Assembly: GCA_963727445.1 (NCBI GenBank)
Contig: CAVSGI010000021.1
Span: 320,001 to 384,000 of the forward strand
Direction: 5' to 3'
DNA length: 64,000 bases
From: an uncultured delta proteobacterium
Lineage (GTDB): Bacteria > Myxococcota_A > Polyangia > Polyangiales > B10-G4
The notes beneath the pieces were generated by a model. That model did no database searches. It was not told where the DNA came from and saw nothing but the letters and a program-made list of their open reading frames with translations. Positions 20,686 through 29,602 of this stretch are shown piece by piece (within the stretch, counting starts at the first letter, position 1; every line of letters begins with the position of its first letter). A program made the position numbers and the translations under genes.

Positions 20686-20805
20686 TGGGGCCTCCGGCCC
20701 CTGCGCACAAGGCTCGCGCCACTGGAGCGAAGCGCCACCCGGAGGGCGCGCCAGCGCCCGAAGGGCGGCGCGCAGCGCAGGTGGCGCGAGCCGGGACTGC
20801 GTCCC
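20686..20805. repeat. Nested palindromic REP-like element
   Basis: Perfect 12-bp inverted repeat GGCTCGCGCCAC (20711-20722)/GTGGCGCGAGCC (20781-20792) enclosing CCCGGAGGG and CCCGAAGGG hairpins, flanked by GGGGCCTCCGGCCCC and GGGACTGCGTCCC. Confidence 0.7.
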
Positions 20806-20812
20806 GCCTCCC

Positions 20813-22597
20813 TCACTCGCAGACGTTGCTGGCGTTGCAGAGGCCGGCGCCGCAGCAGTCCGCCGCGCTCGAACAGGATTCGCCAGGCATCTTGCAGGCG
20901 CAGCGCCCGTCCGTGCAGAGCATCGTCCCGCAGCATTCGGCGCTGCTCTCGCAGATGTCGTCCGCCGTCCCACAGCACTGGAAGGGAGCGGACATGCCGC
21001 TGCCGACCTGACGGCACGCCGCCGTGCCGCAGCAGTCCCCGGCGACCGACTGATCGCAGGTGTCCCCGACGCGCTTGCACACCCCGTTGTCCGCGGCACA
21101 GCTTCCGAGGACGCAGATGTTGCCTTCACAACACTCGCCGGTCTCGATCGCGCAGTCGGCGCTCTCCCCTTCGCACTGACACATTCCATCGGTGCAGAGC
21201 ATGCTGCCGCAGCAGTCGTCCTCGCTCTGGCAGGAGGTCCCCGCCTTGGCGCAGCACTTCTTGTCCATCTCGCCGGCCATGGCCGCGCCACAGGCGAAGG
21301 CGCCACAGCACTCCGTGTCCTCGGAGCAGCTCGTGCCGAGCTCGGTGCACATGCCCGGCCCGGGGCGGCACAGGCCCTCGGTGCAGACGCCGTCCATGCA
21401 GCACTCGCTGTCGTCGACGCACTGCTCGCCCATCTCCTGGCACTCGCAGACGCCGACGCCCGCCGCGCCCCGACCGCCGCAGAGCATCCAGCCGCAGCAG
21501 TCGAAGTCCCCGAAGCAGGTCTCGCCCTGACCCTTGCAGCAGGTCTTCACGAAGGGCGACTGAATACACGAGGCGCTGTCACAGCAGTCGTCACTGGCCT
21601 CGCAGCTCTCGCCGATGCCCGTGCACTCGCCCGAGCAGAAGAGCAGGTCGCACTCGAGGCCGCCCGTACAGGTGAAGTCCGGCAGGCAGCAGATCTGTCC
21701 GTCCCCGCCGCAGTCGAAGCCGAGCAGGTCGGAGATCGTCCCGAGGCCGATGCACATGTTCGTCAGGAAGCTCTCGCAGATGCTCCCGAAGGAGCACTCA
21801 CCGCCGAGGCAGCAGGGCTCGCCGTCGCCGCCGCAGCCGGAGCCGGGCTCACCCGCCCCGGGGCGGTCCATGCACATCCCGTCCATGCATTCCGCGCTCC
21901 GCACGCAGCCGTCCATGCTGCCTTCGCAGCAGGGCATCCCCGCCGTCCCACAGTCGTCGGGGACCACGCAATCGCCCGACACACAGAGGCTGGTGGTCGA
22001 GCTGCCGCAGCCGCCGCCCGCGCCGTCGCAGCAGGGCTGGCCCACGGCGCCGCAGGCCTCGCAGGTCGAGCCGTCGTCGCTGCACACGGCCCCGGAGCGG
22101 CAGACCGGGTCCCCGCCCCCGACGCCGGCACAGCAACCGCCGCCCGTCGCGCCGCAGCCATCGGTGGGCATGGTGCAGCTCCCGCCGAGGCAGGCGAGGC
22201 CGTCCGAGCACTCGCGCGAGCCGATGCAGTCGCTTCCCTCGGGGGCGCGGCACTCGCCGCTCTCGCAGGCGAAGCCCGCGCAGCAGTCGGAAGGAGTGCT
22301 GCAGCGACCGCCGCCCGGGCGCCCGCAGCAGGACCCCATGTCGCAGCGCAGGCCGAGATCGCAGGCGTCACCACGGCAGCAACTCTCGCCATTGCCGCCG
22401 CACGCGGTGGTCTCCCGACCGGCGGCGGCGTCGTCATCGACCACCACCCGGCCGTCGGGGAGCCTTCGAATCGGAGCGTCTCCTCCTCCGCCATCGCTGA
22501 TCCGGGCATCCATCCCGCCGTCGCCCGGAGTGCTGTTGCTCGGACACGCCGTCAGGAAGGGAAGGAGGAGCAGGGAAAGGAGGAAGAGACGAACCAT
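20813..22597 (-). CDS. Extremely Cys-rich repeat lipoprotein
   Basis: Lipobox LTAC, repeated CGxxGxxCC and C-x5-6-CC-x4-C units over 594 aa. Confidence 0.85.
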   Translation of the reverse strand: MVRLFLLSLLLLPFLTACPSNSTPGDGGMDARISDGGGGDAPIRRLPDGRVVVDDDAAAGRETTACGGNGESCCRGDACDLGLRCDMGSCCGRPGGGRCSTPSDCCAGFACESGECRAPEGSDCIGSRECSDGLACLGGSCTMPTDGCGATGGGCCAGVGGGDPVCRSGAVCSDDGSTCEACGAVGQPCCDGAGGGCGSSTTSLCVSGDCVVPDDCGTAGMPCCEGSMDGCVRSAECMDGMCMDRPGAGEPGSGCGGDGEPCCLGGECSFGSICESFLTNMCIGLGTISDLLGFDCGGDGQICCLPDFTCTGGLECDLLFCSGECTGIGESCEASDDCCDSASCIQSPFVKTCCKGQGETCFGDFDCCGWMLCGGRGAAGVGVCECQEMGEQCVDDSECCMDGVCTEGLCRPGPGMCTELGTSCSEDTECCGAFACGAAMAGEMDKKCCAKAGTSCQSEDDCCGSMLCTDGMCQCEGESADCAIETGECCEGNICVLGSCAADNGVCKRVGDTCDQSVAGDCCGTAACRQVGSGMSAPFQCCGTADDICESSAECCGTMLCTDGRCACKMPGESCSSAADCCGAGLCNASNVCE

Positions 22598-22674
22598 GGC
22601 AGCATCTTAGCGGTGCGGCGGGATGGGCGGAAGCTACGAGGCTGTCCGCGCAGTTTTTTCCGGTCTTCTTCGCA

Positions 22675-23229
22675 TCAGCCGGCCGCGATCACGGCCTGGA
22701 TGTCGGGGCGTCGGACCCGCCAGATCATCCAGAGGTAGAGCGCGAGGCGCGCGAGCCCCGTGATCAACAGCGTCGACAGCGCCGCGTTTCCCGCGGCCAG
22801 ACCGACCTCGGGATCGCTCCCGAGGATGTCGTCCCAATGGGCATCGATCGCGAGCCATTGGGTGCTGGCCTCCACGATCACCAACAGGGCGTTGGCGAGG
22901 GCCGCCTGGGTGACCCACCACGACGCCGTCTTGCGGCGACGGAAGAGGGACATGCCCGCGAAGAGCAGGAGCGCCGAGACCAGCGCGTCCGCGGCCGCCA
23001 CCGGCTTGCGGTAGGGAGAGCGCAGAACGGCGTCCACCACCGCCAGGTTGGCTTCTTCCTGCGCCTGGCTCTCCGCGCTGCCCTCCGCGGTGGAGGTCGG
23101 GATCACGGGGTCGAACTGCATCTCGACAAGCCCCGACACCGTCCCACACGAACCCACACCGATCAGGATGACGGAGAGGAAGAAGAGGGAGCGAAACGGC
23201 CGACTCGGGGGCGGAGCCACGGCCCGCAC
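22675..23229 (-). CDS. Four-TM membrane protein, hypothetical
   Basis: 184 aa ORF with four hydrophobic segments. GTG 23220 is an alternative start. Confidence 0.7.
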   Translation of the reverse strand: MRAVAPPPSRPFRSLFFLSVILIGVGSCGTVSGLVEMQFDPVIPTSTAEGSAESQAQEEANLAVVDAVLRSPYRKPVAAADALVSALLLFAGMSLFRRRKTASWWVTQAALANALLVIVEASTQWLAIDAHWDDILGSDPEVGLAAGNAALSTLLITGLARLALYLWMIWRVRRPDIQAVIAAG

Positions 23230-23296
23230 CTTAGCGTGCGAAGGGGCGGGGGAAGGAAAGTCGGGGGGCGTCGTAGAAAAAAAAGGACCCGGTGAC

Positions 23297-23324
23297 GAAA
23301 CTTTTCAAAGCGGCGCGTGTCGAA
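23297..23324 (+). promoter_or_regulatory. Candidate sigmaE-type (ECF) promoter
   Basis: GAAACTT-N16-TCGAA downstream of an A-tract, about 60 nt upstream of the TTG start at 23384. Confidence 0.45.
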
Positions 23325-23383
23325 GGGGATCAGACCGGGGAGTGGGCGAAGGAAAGCGCGCGCCATCTGGAGGAGGCTGGCTC

Positions 23384-23944
23384 TTGGAAATCCGTTTGAA
23401 TCTCGTGCTCCTGGGTGTCCTCGGCGTGTGCTGGGCTGCCCTGTCGCCCTCGGATCCCGTCTCCGCTCTCGACCCCGAGAGCGCCGAGACCCGTGAGCTG
23501 GCGATGCTGGAGGACGAGTTCGCACTGGATCGGAGCGACGTCCTCATGGCTCGGCACCTCTCGAGCCGCTATCTGGAGCTCGATCGGCCTGGGCTCGCCA
23601 TCGCGGCCCTCCGCGCCGCCGATCCCGCCGTTCTCGAGGATCCGACGGTGGTCCATCGACTCGCGCAGGCCTACGAGTCCACGGGGCGCCTCGACGACGC
23701 CCTCGCCACGGCGGAGCTCGCCGTCGCCCGCTGCGGCCGCTACCTCGGCACCGTCGACAGCGGCGCGGCCACGCCCGTCCCCCAGCACCGCTGCGACGCC
23801 CGCGACTACGCCCTGCTCGACATGCACAAGACCGCGCTCAGCCACATGGTCCGCTGGGGCGTGGACGACCCCCAGCACGACAGCCGCAGCCAGATGGCCT
23901 ACGACCTCGCCATGCGCCGCGCCTCGATCGCCTCCGCCCGCTAG
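23384..23944 (+). CDS. Exported TPR-like protein
   Basis: GGAGG then TTG 23384, hydrophobic N-terminus, HRLAQAYESTGRLDDALATA. Confidence 0.72.
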   Translation: MEIRLNLVLLGVLGVCWAALSPSDPVSALDPESAETRELAMLEDEFALDRSDVLMARHLSSRYLELDRPGLAIAALRAADPAVLEDPTVVHRLAQAYESTGRLDDALATAELAVARCGRYLGTVDSGAATPVPQHRCDARDYALLDMHKTALSHMVRWGVDDPQHDSRSQMAYDLAMRRASIASAR

Positions 23945-24018
23945 GTCTTCCAGGCAAAAACCGAAAAATCCACGGCCGTCCCTCGTAATTGGGCGGCCGT
24001 GGCCCAACAATTGGCCCG

Positions 24019-25800
24019 ATGGCGGGCTCGCCCCTGGAATCCTCGGCCGCGCTCTTTCATCCGCCCGCGCGGCCGGATGACTTCACGCTGCCTCGGCTCC
24101 GGTGGCTGGTGCGCCTGCGCTGGCTGGCGATCGCCGGCATCGCCTGCGCCAGCCTCCTGGTCCTCGCCGGCTTCTTTCCGGGGGTGAACTGGCCGGTGCT
24201 CCTCGCCACCGTGGTCGCCTCGAGCGTCTACAACGCGCTCTTGTGGAACAGCCATCGCCAGGACACGCCGCCGGTCGGTTGGCGGGCCGCGATGTTCCAG
24301 GCGCTGGTCGACATCCTCGCCCTCACGATCGTGCTCTGGGCCTCGGGCGGCATCGACACCCCCTTCGTCGCCTATTACGTCTTCCACGTCGCCCTGGTGG
24401 GGATCCTCGCCGGGCCGCGCGCGGCCTGGTTCGCCCTCGGCGCCGCGGGCCTCGGCGCCACCTTCCTCGCGTGCGCCTACATCTTCCCGGAGCTGGCGAT
24501 CGGCCACTGGTCCCCCGCCGAGCCCTGGGATCTGCTCTCGGAGCTCGCCGCCTTCGTCACCACCGCAGGCGGCATCGGCTACATCGTGATGCACACCATG
24601 GAGGAGCTGCGCTCGCGCGAGAAGGCGCTGGTGCGCGCCCGCGAGCAGGTTGCGCTCGAGTACCAGCTGCTCAACACCACGCTGCAGCAGCTCGAGGCGG
24701 GGCTCGAGGTCGTCGACGATCACGGTCAGATCCTGTGGCGCAACAAGCGCGCGGAGGTCCTCGGGCCGCTCGCACCGAAGGGCGCGGCCTGGGTGTGTCC
24801 CGGCGCAGAGCACGCGTGCGAGAAGGACGTCACCGGGATCTGCCCGGTCCGCCAGGCGCTCGATCACGAGCAGCCCGGACGCTGCCGATTCGCGGCGCAG
24901 GTCGACGGGGCGGAGCGGGTCTACGAGATGATCTCTTTCCCGCTCTCGGTCGAGACGCACAAGCGCCGCCAGCAGCCGCGGGTGATGAACCTCTACGTCG
25001 ATCGCACCGACGCGACCCTGGACGAGCAGCGCCTGGTGACCACCGAGCGGCTGGTGAGCCTGGGCCGGGTGGCCCAAGGCGTCGCGCACGAGCTCAACAC
25101 CCCGCTGGCCACCATCCGCACCCTCTCCGCCGACATGCGCGCCGCGATCAGCGAGTTCGATACCGGGGAGGATGCCGAATCGGCGGCGGTGCTCGCGGAC
25201 CTCGCGGAGTCGGCGGCGTTGATCCAGGACGAGACCCGGCGTCTGGGGCGCATCACCCAGGCGCTCCTCGCGGGCGGCGATCTGGTGCGCGCGCGCATCG
25301 ACGGCGAGGTGCCGGTGGCGGCGGTGGTGGAGCGGGCGCGGGCGCTTGTCTTCGCGGGCGTCCGCGACGGGCCCGACGTGGTGGTGGAGCGGAGCGTCGA
25401 CGAGCTCGACGTGACCGCTGATCAGGATCGCCTGGTGCAGGTGCTCGTGAACCTCCTCCAAAACGCGCACGACGCGGTGGGCGGCCGCTCGGACGCGCAC
25501 GTGGTGGTGCGTGCGCGCATGGTCGACGGGCAGGTGGAGATCACCATCGACGACGACGGGCCGGGGCTGCCGCCGGAGGTCCAAGGCCGCATCTTCGAGC
25601 CCTTCACCACCACCAAGCCGCCGGGGGAGGGCACCGGCCTCGGGCTCTACACCTCCTACATGCTGGTGCAGGCGATGGGCGGGATCCTGCGGCTCGACGA
25701 TCGCGAAGAGGGTGGGGTGCGGGCCACCGTGAGGCTGCCGGCCGCCGGGCGCGATCAGGGGCTTGCGCCGGTCTCGTCGCTGACCCAACGTGCCTCCTGA
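24019..25800 (+). CDS. Membrane sensor histidine kinase, RegB-like TM domain plus Cys-rich PAS-like region
   Basis: LRWLVRLRWLAIAG, SGGIDTPF, H-box GVAHELNTPL, N-box QVLVNLLQNA, DDGPG, FEPFTTTK, GTGLGL. Confidence 0.92.
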   Translation: MAGSPLESSAALFHPPARPDDFTLPRLRWLVRLRWLAIAGIACASLLVLAGFFPGVNWPVLLATVVASSVYNALLWNSHRQDTPPVGWRAAMFQALVDILALTIVLWASGGIDTPFVAYYVFHVALVGILAGPRAAWFALGAAGLGATFLACAYIFPELAIGHWSPAEPWDLLSELAAFVTTAGGIGYIVMHTMEELRSREKALVRAREQVALEYQLLNTTLQQLEAGLEVVDDHGQILWRNKRAEVLGPLAPKGAAWVCPGAEHACEKDVTGICPVRQALDHEQPGRCRFAAQVDGAERVYEMISFPLSVETHKRRQQPRVMNLYVDRTDATLDEQRLVTTERLVSLGRVAQGVAHELNTPLATIRTLSADMRAAISEFDTGEDAESAAVLADLAESAALIQDETRRLGRITQALLAGGDLVRARIDGEVPVAAVVERARALVFAGVRDGPDVVVERSVDELDVTADQDRLVQVLVNLLQNAHDAVGGRSDAHVVVRARMVDGQVEITIDDDGPGLPPEVQGRIFEPFTTTKPPGEGTGLGLYTSYMLVQAMGGILRLDDREEGGVRATVRLPAAGRDQGLAPVSSLTQRAS

Positions 25801-25808
25801 GAGCGGAG

Positions 25809-27176
25809 ATGGCGGTCACGGCGGCGGCGGACACGAAGGGCTCGGTGCTGATCGTCGACGACGATCGCGCCCTGCGTTTCGCGCTGAAGAAGGCGCTGGG
25901 TCGTCGCGGCTACGAGGTCTCCGAAGCGTCGAACGGCCGAGACGCGCTGACCGCGCTTCGGCGCAGCCCCGTGCCCGACGCCACCCTCCTCGATCTGAAG
26001 ATGGACGGCATGGGCGGCCTCGACGTGCTCCGGCGGCGGGGCGCCTGCTCGTCGCGAATCATCGTCCTCACCGGCCACGGCACGGTGCAGGCGGCGGTCG
26101 AGGCGATGCAGCTCGGCGCCTTCTCCTTCCTCGAGAAGCCGGTGGACGCGGAGGTGCTGGGGCCGCTCCTCGAGCAGGCCATCGCCGACCATCGCCGTGA
26201 GGGGCGCATCTCCGACGCGGAGCGGGTGCCGCCGCTGGTGGGGGTGAGCGACGCGCTGACGGAAATCCGCGCCTTCGTCGCCCGGGTGGGACCCACCGAC
26301 GAGACGGTCGCGATCTACGGCGAGACCGGCACGGGCAAGGAGGTGGTGGCCCGGCACATCCACTTCGCGAGTCGGCGGACGGACGGCCCCTTCGTCGCGC
26401 TCAACGCCGCCTGCGTCCCCGAGAACCTCTTCGAGTCCGAGCTCTTCGGGCACAAGAAGGGCGCGTTCACGGGCGCCACCGAGGATCGAAAGGGCCTCTT
26501 CCGCGAGGCTCAGGGCGGGACCCTCTTCCTCGACGAGGTGGCGGAGCTCCCGCTCGAGCTGCAGGCGAAGCTGCTCCGCGCCCTCGAGGCGCGGTGCATT
26601 CGTCCGGTGGGTGAGTCCAAGGAGATACCGATCGACGTGCGCATCGTCGCGGCGACCAATCGCGACCTCCGGAACGAGGTCCGCGCGGGGCGTTTCCGAG
26701 AGGACCTCTACTTTCGGCTCGACGTCTTCCCGGTGGTGATACCGCCCCTGCGCGCGCGACGCGGGGACATCCTGCCGCTGGCCGAGCACCTCCTCGGCCG
26801 CGTCGGCGCCTCGGCGACCTTCACCGAGGACGCGGTCGCCGCGCTCGAGGCACACGATTGGCCCGGCAACGTGCGCGAGCTCCTGAACGTGCTGCGTCGC
26901 GCTGCGCTCTTCGTGGAGGGGGACCGGATCGACGGCGAGCTCATGCGGCGGATGATCGCCGCGAGCGTCTTCGCCCACGGGGAGCGCCAGGGCGTGAGCG
27001 CGCGCGCGTCGTCGACGGCGTCGTCGAGCTCGCTGGCGGACGTGGAGCGCGCGCACATCGAGAAGGTCCTCGAGGAGAAGCAGGGCAACGTCACCCACGC
27101 CGCGACGGCGCTGGGGATCGATCGGCGCACCCTGCAGCGCAAGCTTCGCTCTTACGGCATCGGCACGGAGGAGTGA
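25809..27176 (+). CDS. Sigma54-dependent response regulator (REC-AAA+-Fis HTH)
   Basis: LIVDDD, LLDLKM, GETGTGKE, ESELFGHKKGAFTGA, LFLDEV, WPGNVREL, ALGIDRRTLQRKL. Confidence 0.95.
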   Translation: MAVTAAADTKGSVLIVDDDRALRFALKKALGRRGYEVSEASNGRDALTALRRSPVPDATLLDLKMDGMGGLDVLRRRGACSSRIIVLTGHGTVQAAVEAMQLGAFSFLEKPVDAEVLGPLLEQAIADHRREGRISDAERVPPLVGVSDALTEIRAFVARVGPTDETVAIYGETGTGKEVVARHIHFASRRTDGPFVALNAACVPENLFESELFGHKKGAFTGATEDRKGLFREAQGGTLFLDEVAELPLELQAKLLRALEARCIRPVGESKEIPIDVRIVAATNRDLRNEVRAGRFREDLYFRLDVFPVVIPPLRARRGDILPLAEHLLGRVGASATFTEDAVAALEAHDWPGNVRELLNVLRRAALFVEGDRIDGELMRRMIAASVFAHGERQGVSARASSTASSSSLADVERAHIEKVLEEKQGNVTHAATALGIDRRTLQRKLRSYGIGTEE

Positions 27177-27649
27177 TGCGCTCGTCGGTGATCCTCGCGC
27201 TCACCCTCTCAGCTTGCGGCGGCGCGCGCGCAGAACCGGAGGCGAGCCCGGTGGCCGAGCCGGCCGAGCCGGTGACGGTGGTGCTCGCGCTTCGCTTCGT
27301 CGAAGGGCCCGAGGACGAGGAGACCGAGACGCCGAGGACGCGGGTGCTGCTGGTGGACATCGACGAGGCGCGGGGCCGGCGCACGACCGATCTCGGGACC
27401 TTCGACGGGGTCTGCTCGCACACGCGGCCGCGCGAGGGGCACCTTCTCGCGGCGCAGTGCTTCTGGGCGGGGACCGGCGCGCGCCTCGACGTGCATCGAG
27501 ACGGGGACTCCGTGGTGGTCGACGAGGACATCCTGGACGAAGAGGGTGGCGTGGCCGAGCACCGTCAGAATGTGCGGATCGATCTACCGGCCGAGGCGGA
27601 GCTCGAGGTGATGGCGCCCGAGACCCACCTCGCGGCGCCCACCCATTGA
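27176..27649 (+). CDS. Hypothetical lipoprotein
   Basis: ATG overlaps the regulator stop. MRSSVILALTLSAC lipobox, CFWAGTG motif. Confidence 0.75.
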   Translation: MRSSVILALTLSACGGARAEPEASPVAEPAEPVTVVLALRFVEGPEDEETETPRTRVLLVDIDEARGRRTTDLGTFDGVCSHTRPREGHLLAAQCFWAGTGARLDVHRDGDSVVVDEDILDEEGGVAEHRQNVRIDLPAEAELEVMAPETHLAAPTH

Positions 27650-27710
27650 TCGAAAGTCGGCAGGAGCGCCGAAGCCGCGTATCCTTCCCCCTGATTTTTG
27701 GGGAGGATCC

Positions 27711-28127
27711 ATGAAGAGAAGCATCTTGTTCTTGGTCGCGCTCGGCGCGATGGGCTGTGGGCAGCATCCGGTGGACGAGTACGTCTCGATCACCAACGAC
27801 GTGTCGGACGACGTATGCGCGTGTCCCGACGTCGTCGCCGCGCTCATGTACTCGAGCGAGGCGGACTGCAAGGCCAACTTCCTGCCGGCCCTCAGCGAAA
27901 CGCAGACGCAGTGTTTCAAGGACGCCTACGATCGGAACGAGAGCGTGGCCTCCTCGACCTTCGACTGCACCCTCGACGAATCCCGCACCTTCCGCGACTG
28001 CGTCAGCAACGCGAGCTGCAACGCCGCCGCGCTGCAGACCTGCGCCAGCAGCTACGACGTCGAGGCGCACTGCCCGGCGCTCCCCGCCTCGGTTCAGGCC
28101 GAGTTCGACGCCTGCGGCGGGATGTGA
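27711..28127 (+). CDS. Small Cys-rich lipoprotein
   Basis: GGAGG RBS, lipobox AMGC, about ten further Cys. Confidence 0.8.
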   Translation: MKRSILFLVALGAMGCGQHPVDEYVSITNDVSDDVCACPDVVAALMYSSEADCKANFLPALSETQTQCFKDAYDRNESVASSTFDCTLDESRTFRDCVSNASCNAAALQTCASSYDVEAHCPALPASVQAEFDACGGM

Positions 28128-28148
28128 TCGCGGCGCGAACCGTCGCGC

Positions 28149-28610
28149 TCAGTCGTCCGCCGGTCGCCGGAGGAAGACGACCTTGAAGCGGACGTCGCCC
28201 ACTGGCTCGACGTGGTGGGCCACGTCGGGCGGGATGTGTCCGTCGACGCCGGGGCGGAGCACCCAGGTCTCTTCGCCGAGCGTGTAGGCGAGCCGGCCCG
28301 ACTCCACCACGATCTGGCCCCACACGCCGGCCTTGGTCCGGTGGTCGCGCTTCAGGTTGTCGGGGATGGTGGCGGCGTCGAAGGTGCGCGACGCGTGGTA
28401 GGGCGCGGCGTCCTCGGGGATCGAAGGCATGTCGCAGAAGAGGCACTCGAGCTCGGCGCCGATCTTTTCTGCGCGGCCGGCCTCGGTCGTGACCCAGGTG
28501 CGCACCTCCTGTGGTGGCCGGTGGCGGACGTGCTGGGTGTGACCACAAGCGAGGTCGGCGACCCAATCGCCTTCCTCGTCCTGGTGAAAGCCATCGATAC
28601 AGCGCTTCAT
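28149..28610 (-). CDS. DUF3565 + DUF1971 (TehB-type cupin) fusion protein
   Basis: GFHQDEEGDWVADLACGHTQHVRHRPP...LECLFCD, followed by HRTKAGVWGQIVVESGRLAY...IPPDVAHHVEP. Confidence 0.82.
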   Translation of the reverse strand: MKRCIDGFHQDEEGDWVADLACGHTQHVRHRPPQEVRTWVTTEAGRAEKIGAELECLFCDMPSIPEDAAPYHASRTFDAATIPDNLKRDHRTKAGVWGQIVVESGRLAYTLGEETWVLRPGVDGHIPPDVAHHVEPVGDVRFKVVFLRRPADD

Positions 28611-28664
28611 CGGGTCCTCTCGAAGGGGCGTCCAGAGCGTAACAGCTCGGGGTATCCTGCCGAC

Positions 28665-29594
28665 ATGCGCTTCCATCTTCCGATCGCGCTCACGGTCTTG
28701 TCGCTTCTACCCGCTTGTGGGGACGACGCCGCGCCGGTGGATGGCGGGATGGATGCGACGAGCGACGGGGCGGCCGACGCCGCGCCCGACGGGACGGTTA
28801 CGGACACCGGGGCCTCCGACGCGGCGGCGGATGGCGCGACCACGGACGCGGCGGACGCGGCGGACGGGAGCGTGACCACGCCGGTGCTCCCCCCGGCGAA
28901 CGGCTCCTTCGACTACCAGCTGGGCGAGGCCTATCCGCCCCCAGACGGCGTGGTGGTGGTGAGCCGCGACCGCAACGCGTCGCCGGCGGCAGGGCTCTAC
29001 AACATCTGTTACGTGAACGGCTTCCAGACCCAGTCCGACGAGCGCGACTTCTGGAACACGGACCATCCGGACCTGCTGCTGCGCGACGCGAGCGGAGATC
29101 CGGTGATCGATCCGGACTGGGACGAGATCATCCTGGACGTCACCACGGCCGACAAGCGCGCGATGCTGGCAGAGATCGTCGGCGGGTGGATCGACGGATG
29201 CGCCACTGCTGGATTCGACGCGGTCGAGATCGACAACCTCGACACCTACTCGCGTTCCGGCGGCAGGGTCTCTCAGGACGACGCGGTCGCCTACATGCGC
29301 ATGCTGTCGGAAAACGCCCACGCGGCCGGGCTGGCGATCGCCCAGAAGAACTCGACGGAGGTGTTGGCGCGCCGCAGCGAGATGGGCACCGACTTCGCCG
29401 TCGCCGAGGAGTGCAATCGCTACGACGAATGTGCCGACTACACTGGCGTCTACGGTGACCAGGTGTACGTGATCGAGTACCGCCGCACGGACTTCGACGC
29501 GGGCTGCCTCGACTTCCCCGAGCTGTCCATCGTCTACCGCGACCTGAACCTCGTCGGTCCGGGCTCGAGCGCTTATGCCTACGATGGCTGCTGA
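28665..29594 (+). CDS. Endo-alpha-1,4-polygalactosaminidase-like (GH114) lipoprotein
   Basis: Lipobox LPAC, FDYQLG, YNICYVNGFQTQ, GFDAVEIDNLD, AIAQKN, FAVAEEC. Confidence 0.88.
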   Translation: MRFHLPIALTVLSLLPACGDDAAPVDGGMDATSDGAADAAPDGTVTDTGASDAAADGATTDAADAADGSVTTPVLPPANGSFDYQLGEAYPPPDGVVVVSRDRNASPAAGLYNICYVNGFQTQSDERDFWNTDHPDLLLRDASGDPVIDPDWDEIILDVTTADKRAMLAEIVGGWIDGCATAGFDAVEIDNLDTYSRSGGRVSQDDAVAYMRMLSENAHAAGLAIAQKNSTEVLARRSEMGTDFAVAEECNRYDECADYTGVYGDQVYVIEYRRTDFDAGCLDFPELSIVYRDLNLVGPGSSAYAYDGC

Positions 29595-29602
29595 GCGCTG
29601 AG

